IMG/VR virus record: IMGVR_UViG_3300010413_000020
Coordinates: 32,001-96,000 of that record
DNA: 64,000 nucleotides
DNA from: a virus
Strand: one strand, 5' to 3'
The first letter of the stretch is position 1. Each line of letters starts with the position of its first letter. The translations under genes and the position numbers were made by a program. The notes beneath the pieces were generated by a model, which worked only from the letters and a program-made list of their open reading frames with translations, had not been told where the DNA came from and did not search any database. Shown piece by piece: positions 21,144 to 30,570 of the stretch.

Positions 21144-22164
21144 AGCGCCCTAGCTTGATTGCAAAGAACGGAGCGTAACGCTCCAGCGTCTCTAACAGAG
21201 AGAAGCTCCGACAAAAGTCGCTGACCTTCTGGAGAGGGCCCTTTCAGGTCCTCCTGAAGACGGGACCTCGGCAAGAGGACAAACCCGGTACTGCTGTCAT
21301 TAGATGGGGCTTTTATCCCCGGCCCGAGTGGCGTGGGCTTCCACGGGGCAGGCGGGCTCGGGGGTAAAAGAACCAGTAATGGCACTGCTGTCTTAACGTC
21401 CTGTTTAGGGTGCTCCTGATAGCCTGCGACTTGAAGAGGCGCGGCTCTCAGGGGCGTCCCTGAACAGGTGGTTCAGGCACTGCTGTCTTAACGGGCCGGA
21501 ACTGGTCAGAACCGTGGGGTGAGCCGTGAGGCGAAACCCCGGTGAGGACCTAGTCCGGCTGTTCAGGCACTGCTGTCTTTAGAATCTAGTGGCCTGCCAA
21601 AGGAAAAGCGAAGCGATCCTTAGGCAGAGCAGACTAGAGACTAAGGCACTGCTGTCTTATTTTCTCAACGCGAAGCCGCCCGGCTGCAGCACACTACTGT
21701 GCGGAAGCCTGGTGCGGCTGAACGGGGAGAAAATAGGCACTGCTGTCTTATGGGGTCCACACCGCGCACTCCTCGGGGCTGCGGTGTGACGCCTAGGCAC
21801 TGCTGTCCTATGCATTTGCCGCGGGCACTGCATGACATTTCCCGTCCAATTGAATGAAATGCCTGCGAGTGCCTCGCGTCGAATGATTGGGCACTGCTGT
21901 CTTGCATACGTTCCCCGTGCGAGGTGTAATGGTAGCCGAAGGGGCCATTATCACCTGCGGGGGAACATATACAGGCACCGTTGACTTTGCTCGGGCCCAT
22001 GTGCCCAACGGCAGTGGGCTCCGTGCAAGGCACTGCTGTGATCTAGGAGACGAAAGCCACCACCCCGTGGTGAACAAAGTGAACCACTCAGGTGGTGGCG
22101 CGTTTCCTAATCGCGACAATCAGTAATGGAGCGTATCGCTCCGACTCCGACAGCGCTCTGTTTT
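21139..22164 (+). ncRNA. Putative ~1-kb structured ncRNA: serial long hairpins joined by a conserved ACUGCU linker
   Basis: GC-rich island with no credible CDS; every inter-repeat unit folds; G.U wobbles and a GUGA tetraloop favour the + strand; the two ends are complementary. Confidence 0.8.
21287..22042 (+). repeat. Array of 10 direct repeats, consensus GGCACTGCTGTCTT, with unique 41-81 nt hairpin spacers
   Basis: Copies start at 21287, 21381, 21476, 21566, 21645, 21736, 21796, 21890, 21974 (degenerate) and 22029. Confidence 0.95.
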
Positions 22165-22207
22165 ATAATACAGATGGAGTTCCAGTACCAAAAGCTTATA
22201 CCGATAG

Positions 22208-25200
22208 TTAATCGATGTTTGTAAAATCGTAACGAATTTCTTCTTCAATAAAGTCGTAATCTTCTTGATTGAATTCTACAACGGGATGTTCTGACAGGTA
22301 ATGGTCAACAGATTGCAGTTCTCCATAAGAAGGGCCTACTTCTACATCCCAGGCAAAGGGTACAGGAAGCCATGGATATTGCTTAGCCACTCTGCGAACA
22401 CCGTATTCTTTGAAGAAGTCCGGCATTTGTCCAATGTATTTTTTAGGCAGTTCGAAAACGATAGAATCATGTACAGTAATGAGCAGATGTCCTCCCATAT
22501 CGCGAATAGGACCATCTACATCACAGAGAACACCCATCACAATATCTGAACTTGTACTTTGTATTTTGAAGTTAACCGCTTGACGTTCTGCTTTGGCAAC
22601 CATATAGCGAGTCATTCCCTGTAGATCAAGACGTCGTCGGCGTCCGATAAACGTTTCAACTAACCCAAAGTTGTGTACCTGATCTTTTGTAAGTTGAATA
22701 TACTTCGGGATTGTGGGAAACATTCTAAAGAGAACATCGATAATTGCTTGTGCTTGGTCATTGGGAATTCCAACAATAACTGAGATTTTATTTTTACTGG
22801 CTCCATAAAGAATTCCAAAAACCACTCGTTTTACATTCTTACGAAGCTTATCGAGTTGTTTTCCATACCAAGGATCATCCTTCTCTATTTGTTCTCTATT
22901 TTGAAAGTCTTCGTAGGTCCAAGCGTGAACATCATCGATGCCTATTGTATCTAGAACTTTTTGTTTATCGCTTTCGCGTACTCCCTGTAAGACGCTCTTA
23001 GGATTATAAACCATAGAGGAAAAGAAACTATGTGGGTCCATTCCATCATTTAAAGCTCGAATGAGGTTGGGGTCTTTACTGTACGCAGCGTAAACGCGCA
23101 CTTCTGCGGCTTTGGCATCAGCGTTAACAATTAATTGAGTTTCGGGATTAGTGGGAATGAATATCTTTTTGATATTATGTGAACCGATTCGTTTAGGGAT
23201 ATTTTGCATATTTTCATCAGAGGATGATAGCCTTCCCGTTGCGGTTCCTGCTATATGAAAAGATGTGTGCATCTTTCCATCTTCTCGACTCAATGCTCTG
23301 ATGTTTTCTACGAATGTGTTTCGTGCTTTGCTTACTCCTCGGTATTTAAGGAGAGCTTTGGCAAAGGGACAATCTTGTTGTGTTACAAGTCCTCTTAAAA
23401 ATTTAGCGTCAGTTGAAATCTTGCCTGTAGGCGTGTAACTTAATTCTTCTTCAGTCAAATGATTATAAGATATTATCTCGTTAGTTTCGGGATGATAGAA
23501 TCCCGCACCGAATAGAACTTTTCGAAGATGGGCAGTGCTATTAGGATTGAATTGCTCATCGAAGAGATTTGGTGGGATCATTTTAAAGAGATCGATTTTA
23601 AGCATTATAATTGATTCATCCATATCGACGACTAAGTCTTCGATATATTTTTGGTCAACTGCCATACCGTAGAGTTCCATGTCTGCTAATATCTTAGAAG
23701 AAGGAATTAATCGCTCGAACATCAAATCTTTCAATGGGTCTTTGGAAGAACATTCAGGAGTAGCGATATTACGAAAATAAGGACTCTTACTTATCTCTCG
23801 ACGTTGTTTTGCTAAGTGTTTATTCTCTTCTTCAATTCGAGCTCTTTGAATTGTGATAAGTTGTCGAGTAACATCGGCATCTACCGCGCCATATTCATTT
23901 AAGTCCTTTAAGGGAATATTAATAAAACCTTCGTCTTGCGCCAGTTTTTTAGCAGCGCCTTTTTCTTGAGCTGCTTCTTTCAATGCGTCTTTGGTTTCTA
24001 AACTATCCAAAATAGTTTTGAGTTGGTCTTCGTAACCTGAGTATTTTGGAATCATTAATTTAGTTAGGGCTTTCAGGCTATAATAACCACGTTTATCCTC
24101 AGAAATTAAGTGCTCTCCCAACATCGTATCCCATGCAAATCTACGGACTTCCCAACCTTTACGTTGTAATACTTTGAGGTCGAACTTAGCGTTGTGAAAT
24201 CCTTTGGGTTTAGGACATTGGAGTAACTGTGTAATATAAGGATGGACATCTGCCAGACTCCAAGGGGTTTCGGGGTGTTCAATAGGGATAGACGCAGCTT
24301 TGCCTGGTGCCCAAGAAACTACAAGACTTAAGATTTTAAGTTTTTCACGATGAGGATATAGCGTATTGGTTTCAGTATCAATTGCGATGACGTGGTTATC
24401 TGGGTTCTTTCCTGGAGGAGCGTATTCGACAACCATTTCTACGAGTTTACGCACGTCATCCAATTTCTTTGGAAAGATATAATCTTTAATCAATTCACTT
24501 AAGGGCACTTCGGTATTAATAGTTTTTCCATGCTGTTGTTCGTAGACAGCATCCATAAACATTTCTACGTGCTGTTGGAAGATTTTGTAGTATCCGGTTT
24601 TGACCAATAATGCACGTTTAGAAAACGTGGGAAATATAATTACAGGGCGATTACCTAATTTAGTCTCCAGGAATTTGCCTTGGACCGAAGCGTATTTTCC
24701 GATCTTAAGACCGAAAGACTGCACGACTGATGGCCCAAGGGCAAATACCATTATAGGTTGATCGTTATGTTTAGCGTGCTTGAATATTTCATCACGGAAT
24801 TGAAGATAACAACATGAACGCATTCTTTTATTGGGTTTATCCACACTACATCTGACAGACGAAGTGTACCGACCAATAAGATTAGCTGTGCGTTTGTGTG
24901 TGTCTTTATATTTTACGAAAGTATCCAGAATAACTTTTTCAACATCGTATCTCCAAGTAGTGTGATTTTTTACATCAGCTGACGGCCCTGGAAGATAAGG
25001 CGATTCGGTAATGCAGAAATAATCGGCTCCAGTAGGGCCAATGCCCTCTGCATAATGTTCTTTGCGGTAAGCGGGACATTCCGAACACTTAGAACCTTTC
25101 CATGCATTAGGGCCACATAAATTACACTGTAAAAATTCAGTAGAGGTTTCGTTACCATTCGTGGTCACTTGCGTCTTTGGCCTGTTCGGTGGGTTTATCT

Positions 25201-25210
25201 TCGTCGGCAT
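22208..25210 (-). CDS. polA: Family A DNA polymerase with N-terminal UDG-like domain and 3'-5' exonuclease
   Basis: IDTET, HNAKFD and YGAVDAD (exonuclease); TGRLSS..NMQNIP, DAKAAEVR, KRVVFGILYG, AVNFKIQS and TVHDS (polymerase). Confidence 0.93.
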   Translation of the reverse strand: MPTKINPPNRPKTQVTTNGNETSTEFLQCNLCGPNAWKGSKCSECPAYRKEHYAEGIGPTGADYFCITESPYLPGPSADVKNHTTWRYDVEKVILDTFVKYKDTHKRTANLIGRYTSSVRCSVDKPNKRMRSCCYLQFRDEIFKHAKHNDQPIMVFALGPSVVQSFGLKIGKYASVQGKFLETKLGNRPVIIFPTFSKRALLVKTGYYKIFQQHVEMFMDAVYEQQHGKTINTEVPLSELIKDYIFPKKLDDVRKLVEMVVEYAPPGKNPDNHVIAIDTETNTLYPHREKLKILSLVVSWAPGKAASIPIEHPETPWSLADVHPYITQLLQCPKPKGFHNAKFDLKVLQRKGWEVRRFAWDTMLGEHLISEDKRGYYSLKALTKLMIPKYSGYEDQLKTILDSLETKDALKEAAQEKGAAKKLAQDEGFINIPLKDLNEYGAVDADVTRQLITIQRARIEEENKHLAKQRREISKSPYFRNIATPECSSKDPLKDLMFERLIPSSKILADMELYGMAVDQKYIEDLVVDMDESIIMLKIDLFKMIPPNLFDEQFNPNSTAHLRKVLFGAGFYHPETNEIISYNHLTEEELSYTPTGKISTDAKFLRGLVTQQDCPFAKALLKYRGVSKARNTFVENIRALSREDGKMHTSFHIAGTATGRLSSSDENMQNIPKRIGSHNIKKIFIPTNPETQLIVNADAKAAEVRVYAAYSKDPNLIRALNDGMDPHSFFSSMVYNPKSVLQGVRESDKQKVLDTIGIDDVHAWTYEDFQNREQIEKDDPWYGKQLDKLRKNVKRVVFGILYGASKNKISVIVGIPNDQAQAIIDVLFRMFPTIPKYIQLTKDQVHNFGLVETFIGRRRRLDLQGMTRYMVAKAERQAVNFKIQSTSSDIVMGVLCDVDGPIRDMGGHLLITVHDSIVFELPKKYIGQMPDFFKEYGVRRVAKQYPWLPVPFAWDVEVGPSYGELQSVDHYLSEHPVVEFNQEDYDFIEEEIRYDFTNID

Positions 25211-28200
25211 GGGTTCCCTCGCTTACTGTTTCCGCATTTGTTGCCATTCCTTCCTGGGCGGCTTTAACGGTATCGTCGAGTGCTTCTTGGGCGGAATCTA
25301 ACCATTCTTTTGCACGAAAAACGACAACGTCTTGTAGCTTAATACCTGCACCCAGATACGGTCCTACTTTCCGTAAAATATTACTTTGTTGAACTTCTTT
25401 AGGAGATAGGGCGGCACGATGTCGTTCTAATGTATCTCGCAATCTAGAACCGGACATTCCGTAGGTCTTTAATTGAGAAGGGAGCAACCGCGGGACAGCT
25501 TGGTCGAGAAGCATTAAAAGCAATTCTTTCTCCTCATCAAAGTAGATTCCACAGGCGGAGGTATTTATTTCAGCTCGTTTTTCTGGGGATACTAATAGAT
25601 TAGCTACAGAGACATTAATGTTGGTTTCTCTCTGATAAATTACTGGATTATACAACATTGAACCAAGGTAACTCTCGGATTCAGAAATAGTGGTTGCCCG
25701 AAGAATAGTACTCTCATTGCTGATAATATATTTACGAAAGAACGTCTTCCAATCGAGTCCCAACAATTTCATAACTGCAGCAGCACTAAATAATGAAGAT
25801 GCATAACGCCACTCTACGGTAAATGGAAGAGTTGCTTGGAGTTCATGTGCTTCACGTCGAATTTCTTTTTCGTATTGAGCCAGAGTAATTGCGTGCGGGA
25901 ACATCGCAGTTGTGACTTCGTGAGCCATCTCTTCAATGCGTGTTTGTCCAAACTCATGGAGAATGACATTTACGGGATTGTTCTTTCCCTTTATTTTTTT
26001 CATTTCAACCATGAGCATTCTATTGAGATCCTGCGGTCGTTCTGCTCCTTGAATTGCGGCAAAGATGATGGGCATGCGTAATATCGATTCATAGTGAGTA
26101 CCGTCAGGCCGTCCGCGAATACGACGAGTTTCTCCAGAGATAAGACCACGAACCATTTCGAGAATTTTTCTGACTTCTTCACCGGTTCGAGTATTGTTGC
26201 TCTCAAACTCATCGAGAACTGCTAACCGAGAATCGCAATTACACATGCTCGCGACAGATGCTGCTGTGTAATTCTCTGTTCCTTGTGAGGCATACAACAA
26301 TCTAATTCCCGCATAACCAAGACCTGAAAAAGTTGAGAGAAGACTAGTTTTTCCTGAATGGGTATCCCCACTAACAAACAGCATAAGCGGACGTTCAAAT
26401 GCATCCATGATAGGAAAGACAAGCATAAGAGCAGCGAGCAGTTGTGTAGTTACTTCTTGATTCTTGAATTTGTATCCGATGTCATACAAATGAACCAGAT
26501 CGTCATATAACTTCTTTAAATCTGCTTCTTTGCCATCATTAAGTTTTTTAATTGAGAGACCTCCTGGATACCAAGGTTCTTCAACATTGCCTTTAATTCC
26601 TACGTCGAAGATGATGCCGTTTTCAGATGGACCTTCCAACTGTTCATAGGTGACTTTAGGACCGTCTCTTCGGATAGCAAAGACATCAGCCCCGCAAACA
26701 AGATATTCAACCAAAGCTTTGGTTGGAAGTTCAATACAGTGATAACCTTGACGGTATTGGCGTGATGACATGAAATCGGGAGCTCCTCTCGCTAATGTTT
26801 GAATTGCTTCCCGTATGAAATAACCAAGTTGTTTATCCAATTTGTGTCTGACAAGTCCATCTGTCTGTTCGGGCAATTCTAGGAATGAAGGAAAACCTAC
26901 TTTTTCAACAACGAAATCGAATAGAGTTCCTACAATCGGTGCTAGTTCTTGTTTAAGCGATTGTTCACTATCTAGTTTTACACGATTGAAACGTTTATTT
27001 CGTTTATCATATAAAACTAAATAGCGATTGCCTGCGTTAATTTCCGTTCCTACAACGAAGAGTAATTCTCTCAAAGCATCAGTACATCGCATGATGAATC
27101 CATTTTCACTTTCTTCACGCGATGCTATTTGTCGTCGTAGGATGTCGGGGTTTACATTGTATTTAGATGCAACGGCTTCAGAAAAAGCTTCGCATTCCAA
27201 TCGGTCTTTCAAATACTTACCGTGCTCGGCGGCTTTTTCTATGAGATTGCGATAGTCATTTTCCGCTACTGCATCTAACTCTACAGATGCTCTCTCAAAC
27301 GCCCAGTCCCATGCAGTAGTAAAGTTGTCGTTGAATTTATTCCAAATGAATTGAGAAACTTTAGGCTCACCTAATTTAACAATAGCTTCATCTATGTCTT
27401 TACACCCAATCAGGTTATCCCAACCAACGAATACACGAGTTTCTAATTTAACAATTTTCTCTAACCAACTTTGTACGATTTCATTTCCTTTAGCAGATGG
27501 TGCGTCACCAATCAAATAAGCTTTGGAAATCCCCGAGGCTCTAAGAATTGGTTCAATATGCCCGGCTCCCCCCCGACCTCCAACCGAATATAGAGGATAA
27601 CGAGCTCTGCCCGCTTGTGCAAAACGCGCCATTGTAGAGAGAACATCAATTTCTCCTTCAGTTAGATACGCATAATCTACTTCAGCTTTGGGGTCTACAA
27701 AACCACGGTATTGATCCCAACCTAAACCGAAAAGTCCAAGTAAATCTTCAAAGTCGTCGTCGGGAATTGATATTTGTTTGGGTTTGTTGTTATTGGGAGC
27801 CCTTAATTTGAGTCTTCCAATTTCCTTAGGATTAACGTGTAACGGAAATAAAACCGAACCAGCAAAATTGGCATCACGAATATAATTTTTCAAATATTCG
27901 AATGCTGGGTCTGCTAAGTTTTGTGGTTCAGATTTCTTATTCGTTTGATTTTCCCACTGCTTGTGTGCACGCCGGAAACGTTTAATCATTATTTCTTGAA
28001 GTCGTGTGAGTTCAGGCATAATCCCGACAGGTAGGGCATGGAGTACATCCTTGGGAATACTGCGTGCGTTTATTAACCAATCTAATGCCTTTTTTGCTAT
28101 TTGATTTTCTTTCTTATCAGGGTCGGCCAGCGCATCACACATGAAATCGTGTGTTACTCTATAAATTTCCTCCTTCATTTGTAGGTTTCTACGCTGTGCT

Positions 28201-28565
28201 TCCAGTTCTGCTAATGCCTTCTTAGGCAAGAAGTTCATTCCGAACTTTTCTCTGAGATGTTGAAATGCTTCTGCTTCAGAAGCGTCGAGAAAGAGACTAA
28301 GAAGCTCTAGGGGATTGGTAATATAATGACCGCACCCGAAACATTTAGCGTAACCCCTACCGGTATAGATGTAGAATGAAGGGTCTTTGTCATCGTGTTC
28401 GGGGTTAACGCAAAGTCCCTTCAGTATGTCTTTCCCCGCGGGAATAAAGTTATGTGAGCGTTTGTAGTTATTGGCTATGTCTAACCAGTTGTGTGTACCT
28501 ACTTGCGCCCAAATCTTCCATAACTGATCCCTAGTCAGCCCTTTGTTCTTTTTCTTTGTTGCCAT
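25152..28565 (-). CDS. Primase (CHC2 zinc finger + TOPRIM) fused to a P-loop ATPase/helicase
   Basis: CVNPEHDDKDPSF..CFGC; TEGEID; GDAPSAKG; KDID; GDTHSGKT; AVLDEFE. Confidence 0.85.
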   Translation of the reverse strand: MATKKKNKGLTRDQLWKIWAQVGTHNWLDIANNYKRSHNFIPAGKDILKGLCVNPEHDDKDPSFYIYTGRGYAKCFGCGHYITNPLELLSLFLDASEAEAFQHLREKFGMNFLPKKALAELEAQRRNLQMKEEIYRVTHDFMCDALADPDKKENQIAKKALDWLINARSIPKDVLHALPVGIMPELTRLQEIMIKRFRRAHKQWENQTNKKSEPQNLADPAFEYLKNYIRDANFAGSVLFPLHVNPKEIGRLKLRAPNNNKPKQISIPDDDFEDLLGLFGLGWDQYRGFVDPKAEVDYAYLTEGEIDVLSTMARFAQAGRARYPLYSVGGRGGAGHIEPILRASGISKAYLIGDAPSAKGNEIVQSWLEKIVKLETRVFVGWDNLIGCKDIDEAIVKLGEPKVSQFIWNKFNDNFTTAWDWAFERASVELDAVAENDYRNLIEKAAEHGKYLKDRLECEAFSEAVASKYNVNPDILRRQIASREESENGFIMRCTDALRELLFVVGTEINAGNRYLVLYDKRNKRFNRVKLDSEQSLKQELAPIVGTLFDFVVEKVGFPSFLELPEQTDGLVRHKLDKQLGYFIREAIQTLARGAPDFMSSRQYRQGYHCIELPTKALVEYLVCGADVFAIRRDGPKVTYEQLEGPSENGIIFDVGIKGNVEEPWYPGGLSIKKLNDGKEADLKKLYDDLVHLYDIGYKFKNQEVTTQLLAALMLVFPIMDAFERPLMLFVSGDTHSGKTSLLSTFSGLGYAGIRLLYASQGTENYTAASVASMCNCDSRLAVLDEFESNNTRTGEEVRKILEMVRGLISGETRRIRGRPDGTHYESILRMPIIFAAIQGAERPQDLNRMLMVEMKKIKGKNNPVNVILHEFGQTRIEEMAHEVTTAMFPHAITLAQYEKEIRREAHELQATLPFTVEWRYASSLFSAAAVMKLLGLDWKTFFRKYIISNESTILRATTISESESYLGSMLYNPVIYQRETNINVSVANLLVSPEKRAEINTSACGIYFDEEKELLLMLLDQAVPRLLPSQLKTYGMSGSRLRDTLERHRAALSPKEVQQSNILRKVGPYLGAGIKLQDVVVFRAKEWLDSAQEALDDTVKAAQEGMATNAETVSEGTHADEDKPTEQAKDASDHEW

Positions 28566-29349
28566 TGGTACCATCCGCATGTGCCGGACATATTCGTTGG
28601 TAGTCACACCAACCGCATAGAGGTCCTGGCCGCACCAAACTGTGTTTGTGAGCTTCGACAGTTGCTTCGTTAAGAAATTTTGTTATGTCTTCGAAGATAG
28701 GCTGAACGTCCCTCACGTCCTGCAACTTCTTAACGAATTCTATGGTATCTTCTTTCAAAAAATTAATACCCGTTTGAATGCGTTCCAATTCAGGCAAATG
28801 CGCCTTCAATAGAAGAGTATACGCATTGAACTGGGATTTAAAATAATTTAGAGCTCGGTACTTACCCGTTTTGTGGTCAAGGATTATTGCGTCATTTGTG
28901 CCTTTAAACGTCATATACAAATCAATAACTCCGCGCAAAAACCCATTGTTGTTAAAAAATTCAATAGGATTTCCATCAAAATCTATTCCAAACCGTTGTT
29001 CCATCTTGGGCGCATTAGCATTATGCCGAGTACAATAAGCATTAAACTTCCGCAGGAAATTATAGGCGGCTGGTCTTAATGCCAGAGCTCTTTCTATTTC
29101 ATTGGAAGTTAAATTGAATTCTTCAATTGCAAATTTAAACGCGGCGTCAACGGGGCGACCACAAAGAGCAAACTCTACCGCACGGTGTACTGCTTGTCCT
29201 ATGAGAGCATCAGCATTTGGAGGTAAATCCATCTTCTTTTTGGTGATATATTGAAGATAGAATTTGTGGGGGCACTGCTTGGCGGTATCAGCTTTACTGA
29301 TTGACCAAGGAGCGTGTTCTTTGACAAATGTTGTGGGTTTAATTGTCAT
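28531..29349 (-). CDS. PD-(D/E)XK exonuclease (RecB/Cas4-like)
   Basis: SISK..CP, GQAVH, RGVIDL..DHKTG, QFNAY and CGWCDYQRIC. Confidence 0.85.
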   Translation of the reverse strand: MTIKPTTFVKEHAPWSISKADTAKQCPHKFYLQYITKKKMDLPPNADALIGQAVHRAVEFALCGRPVDAAFKFAIEEFNLTSNEIERALALRPAAYNFLRKFNAYCTRHNANAPKMEQRFGIDFDGNPIEFFNNNGFLRGVIDLYMTFKGTNDAIILDHKTGKYRALNYFKSQFNAYTLLLKAHLPELERIQTGINFLKEDTIEFVKKLQDVRDVQPIFEDITKFLNEATVEAHKHSLVRPGPLCGWCDYQRICPAHADGTNGNKEKEQRAD

Positions 29350-29378
29350 TGGGTCACTCCTATATAGGGAGGAGAGAA

Positions 29379-29396
29379 AGGGGGATTATTCCCCCT
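29379..29396 (-). terminator. Possible terminator hairpin after the SSB gene
   Basis: AGGGGGA-TTAT-TCCCCCT in an intergenic region. Confidence 0.45.
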
Positions 29397-29418
29397 AACT
29401 CCCTCGCTATTGTCTTAC

Positions 29419-30462
29419 TTAAACGTTGGCTTCGTCGTCTGGGGCATCTCCCATATCACCGTAATCAGGACCACCTTTTGCGTCGTCCTCGGTGATAAGG
29501 CCTGCCGAACCTCCGCCGTCACCTTCGTTTTTGGGACCACCATTATCATCCAGAGCTTCTTTAGCTTGGCGATAAACAGAGGCTATTCCCGGAATTACAT
29601 GAGTATATTCCAGCATGGAACACATTAGATCACAGAAAGGATGCAGTTCTTCAGGAACAAGTTCTTCCTCGGGCTCAACTACCATCACATACCATCTTCG
29701 ATTTCTGTCGGCAGTGTTAGTCTTGGCTTCTGCAGTTATGCGGTACCATTTAGCCCAGTTATCTGTAGAACGTTTAACAAATTTCAACAATTGCTTTCCT
29801 GCAGGTTCCGAAGTTTTCTGGAAACGCACTAGGACTATATCTTCCAGATTTTTGGAAAGCATGAATGCAACAACATCGTTTGCACACTTTTGTTTTTGTC
29901 CGTCTTTCCAAGGACGATGAGGACAACTTTCGCATTCACCATAAGTCGAACCCATTTTCCTATCCATGCTGTTGCAAATGGGCATGCGCACGCTATCACC
30001 GGCATCTGCATCTCCCCACATAGTTCGACCCGCCCAAAGTGCAACAACCGTACCTTCAAATTCGGGTCCAACATTTTCTTTTGTTGTTAGATAATAATGG
30101 CCAGGTATTTGATTTTCAGGACGATTCGGGTCATTTCCTGTTCCGTGATAAATACGCAATTCAGGAAAGTCCGGACGTCCATCGGCATCGTAAACGCCTT
30201 TTCGTTTACCGGAAGCCCTTCTAATGATTTCGCTGATTCCATCCGCCATTTCATCGGGGAGATCATCTAAAACTTTTTGGAGGTCATGTGATGTTGGGAG
30301 AGCTGACGCTACACGTTCAACATCTTTAGCATAACGTTCCATAAAAAGTTCATTGTTGTATCCCAGCGTAGCTGCAAGAGATGTTTCTTCGGGTTTATCT
30401 AATGCAGTTTCAGTGGATGTAGTTGTTTCTTCCGTATTGGATTTCTCTTTCTTTTGTCCCAT
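29419..30462 (-). CDS. Putative single-stranded DNA-binding protein
   Basis: Replication cluster; Cys motif (CNS...CESC...C); acidic, Gly-rich C-terminal tail. Confidence 0.55.
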   Translation of the reverse strand: MGQKKEKSNTEETTTSTETALDKPEETSLAATLGYNNELFMERYAKDVERVASALPTSHDLQKVLDDLPDEMADGISEIIRRASGKRKGVYDADGRPDFPELRIYHGTGNDPNRPENQIPGHYYLTTKENVGPEFEGTVVALWAGRTMWGDADAGDSVRMPICNSMDRKMGSTYGECESCPHRPWKDGQKQKCANDVVAFMLSKNLEDIVLVRFQKTSEPAGKQLLKFVKRSTDNWAKWYRITAEAKTNTADRNRRWYVMVVEPEEELVPEELHPFCDLMCSMLEYTHVIPGIASVYRQAKEALDDNGGPKNEGDGGGSAGLITEDDAKGGPDYGDMGDAPDDEANV

Positions 30463-30570
30463 AAAAGCCTCCTTTATTGTGTGGGTTTGGGGGGCAAGAG
30501 GAAATACTACGTCAAACTACTTGCGTTGTCCATGATTTTTATTTAAATGTAATATTAAAGGAGATTTACA

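Noticed and set aside
21824-21831. Eleventh repeat copy (GGCACTGC)
   Set aside because: It is partial, off-period, and paired with AGTGCC inside the spacer-7 stem.
21287-22042. CRISPR array
   Set aside because: The repeat is only 14 nt, spacers are highly variable in length and self-complementary, repeats covary with their neighbours, and no cas1/cas2/effector gene is present.
21131-22126. Short ORFs overlapping the array (21131-21385, 21589-21789, 21665-22033, 21808-22119, 21887-22126)
   Set aside because: No SD and atypical composition; they are a by-product of high GC, and repeat spacing is not frame-preserving.
21139-22164. tRNA cluster, tmRNA or ssDNA origin
   Set aside because: No cloverleaf or T-loop/CCA signatures. 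Consistent one-strand G.U wobbles favour a single-stranded structured product over dsDNA iterons, although an origin is not fully excluded.
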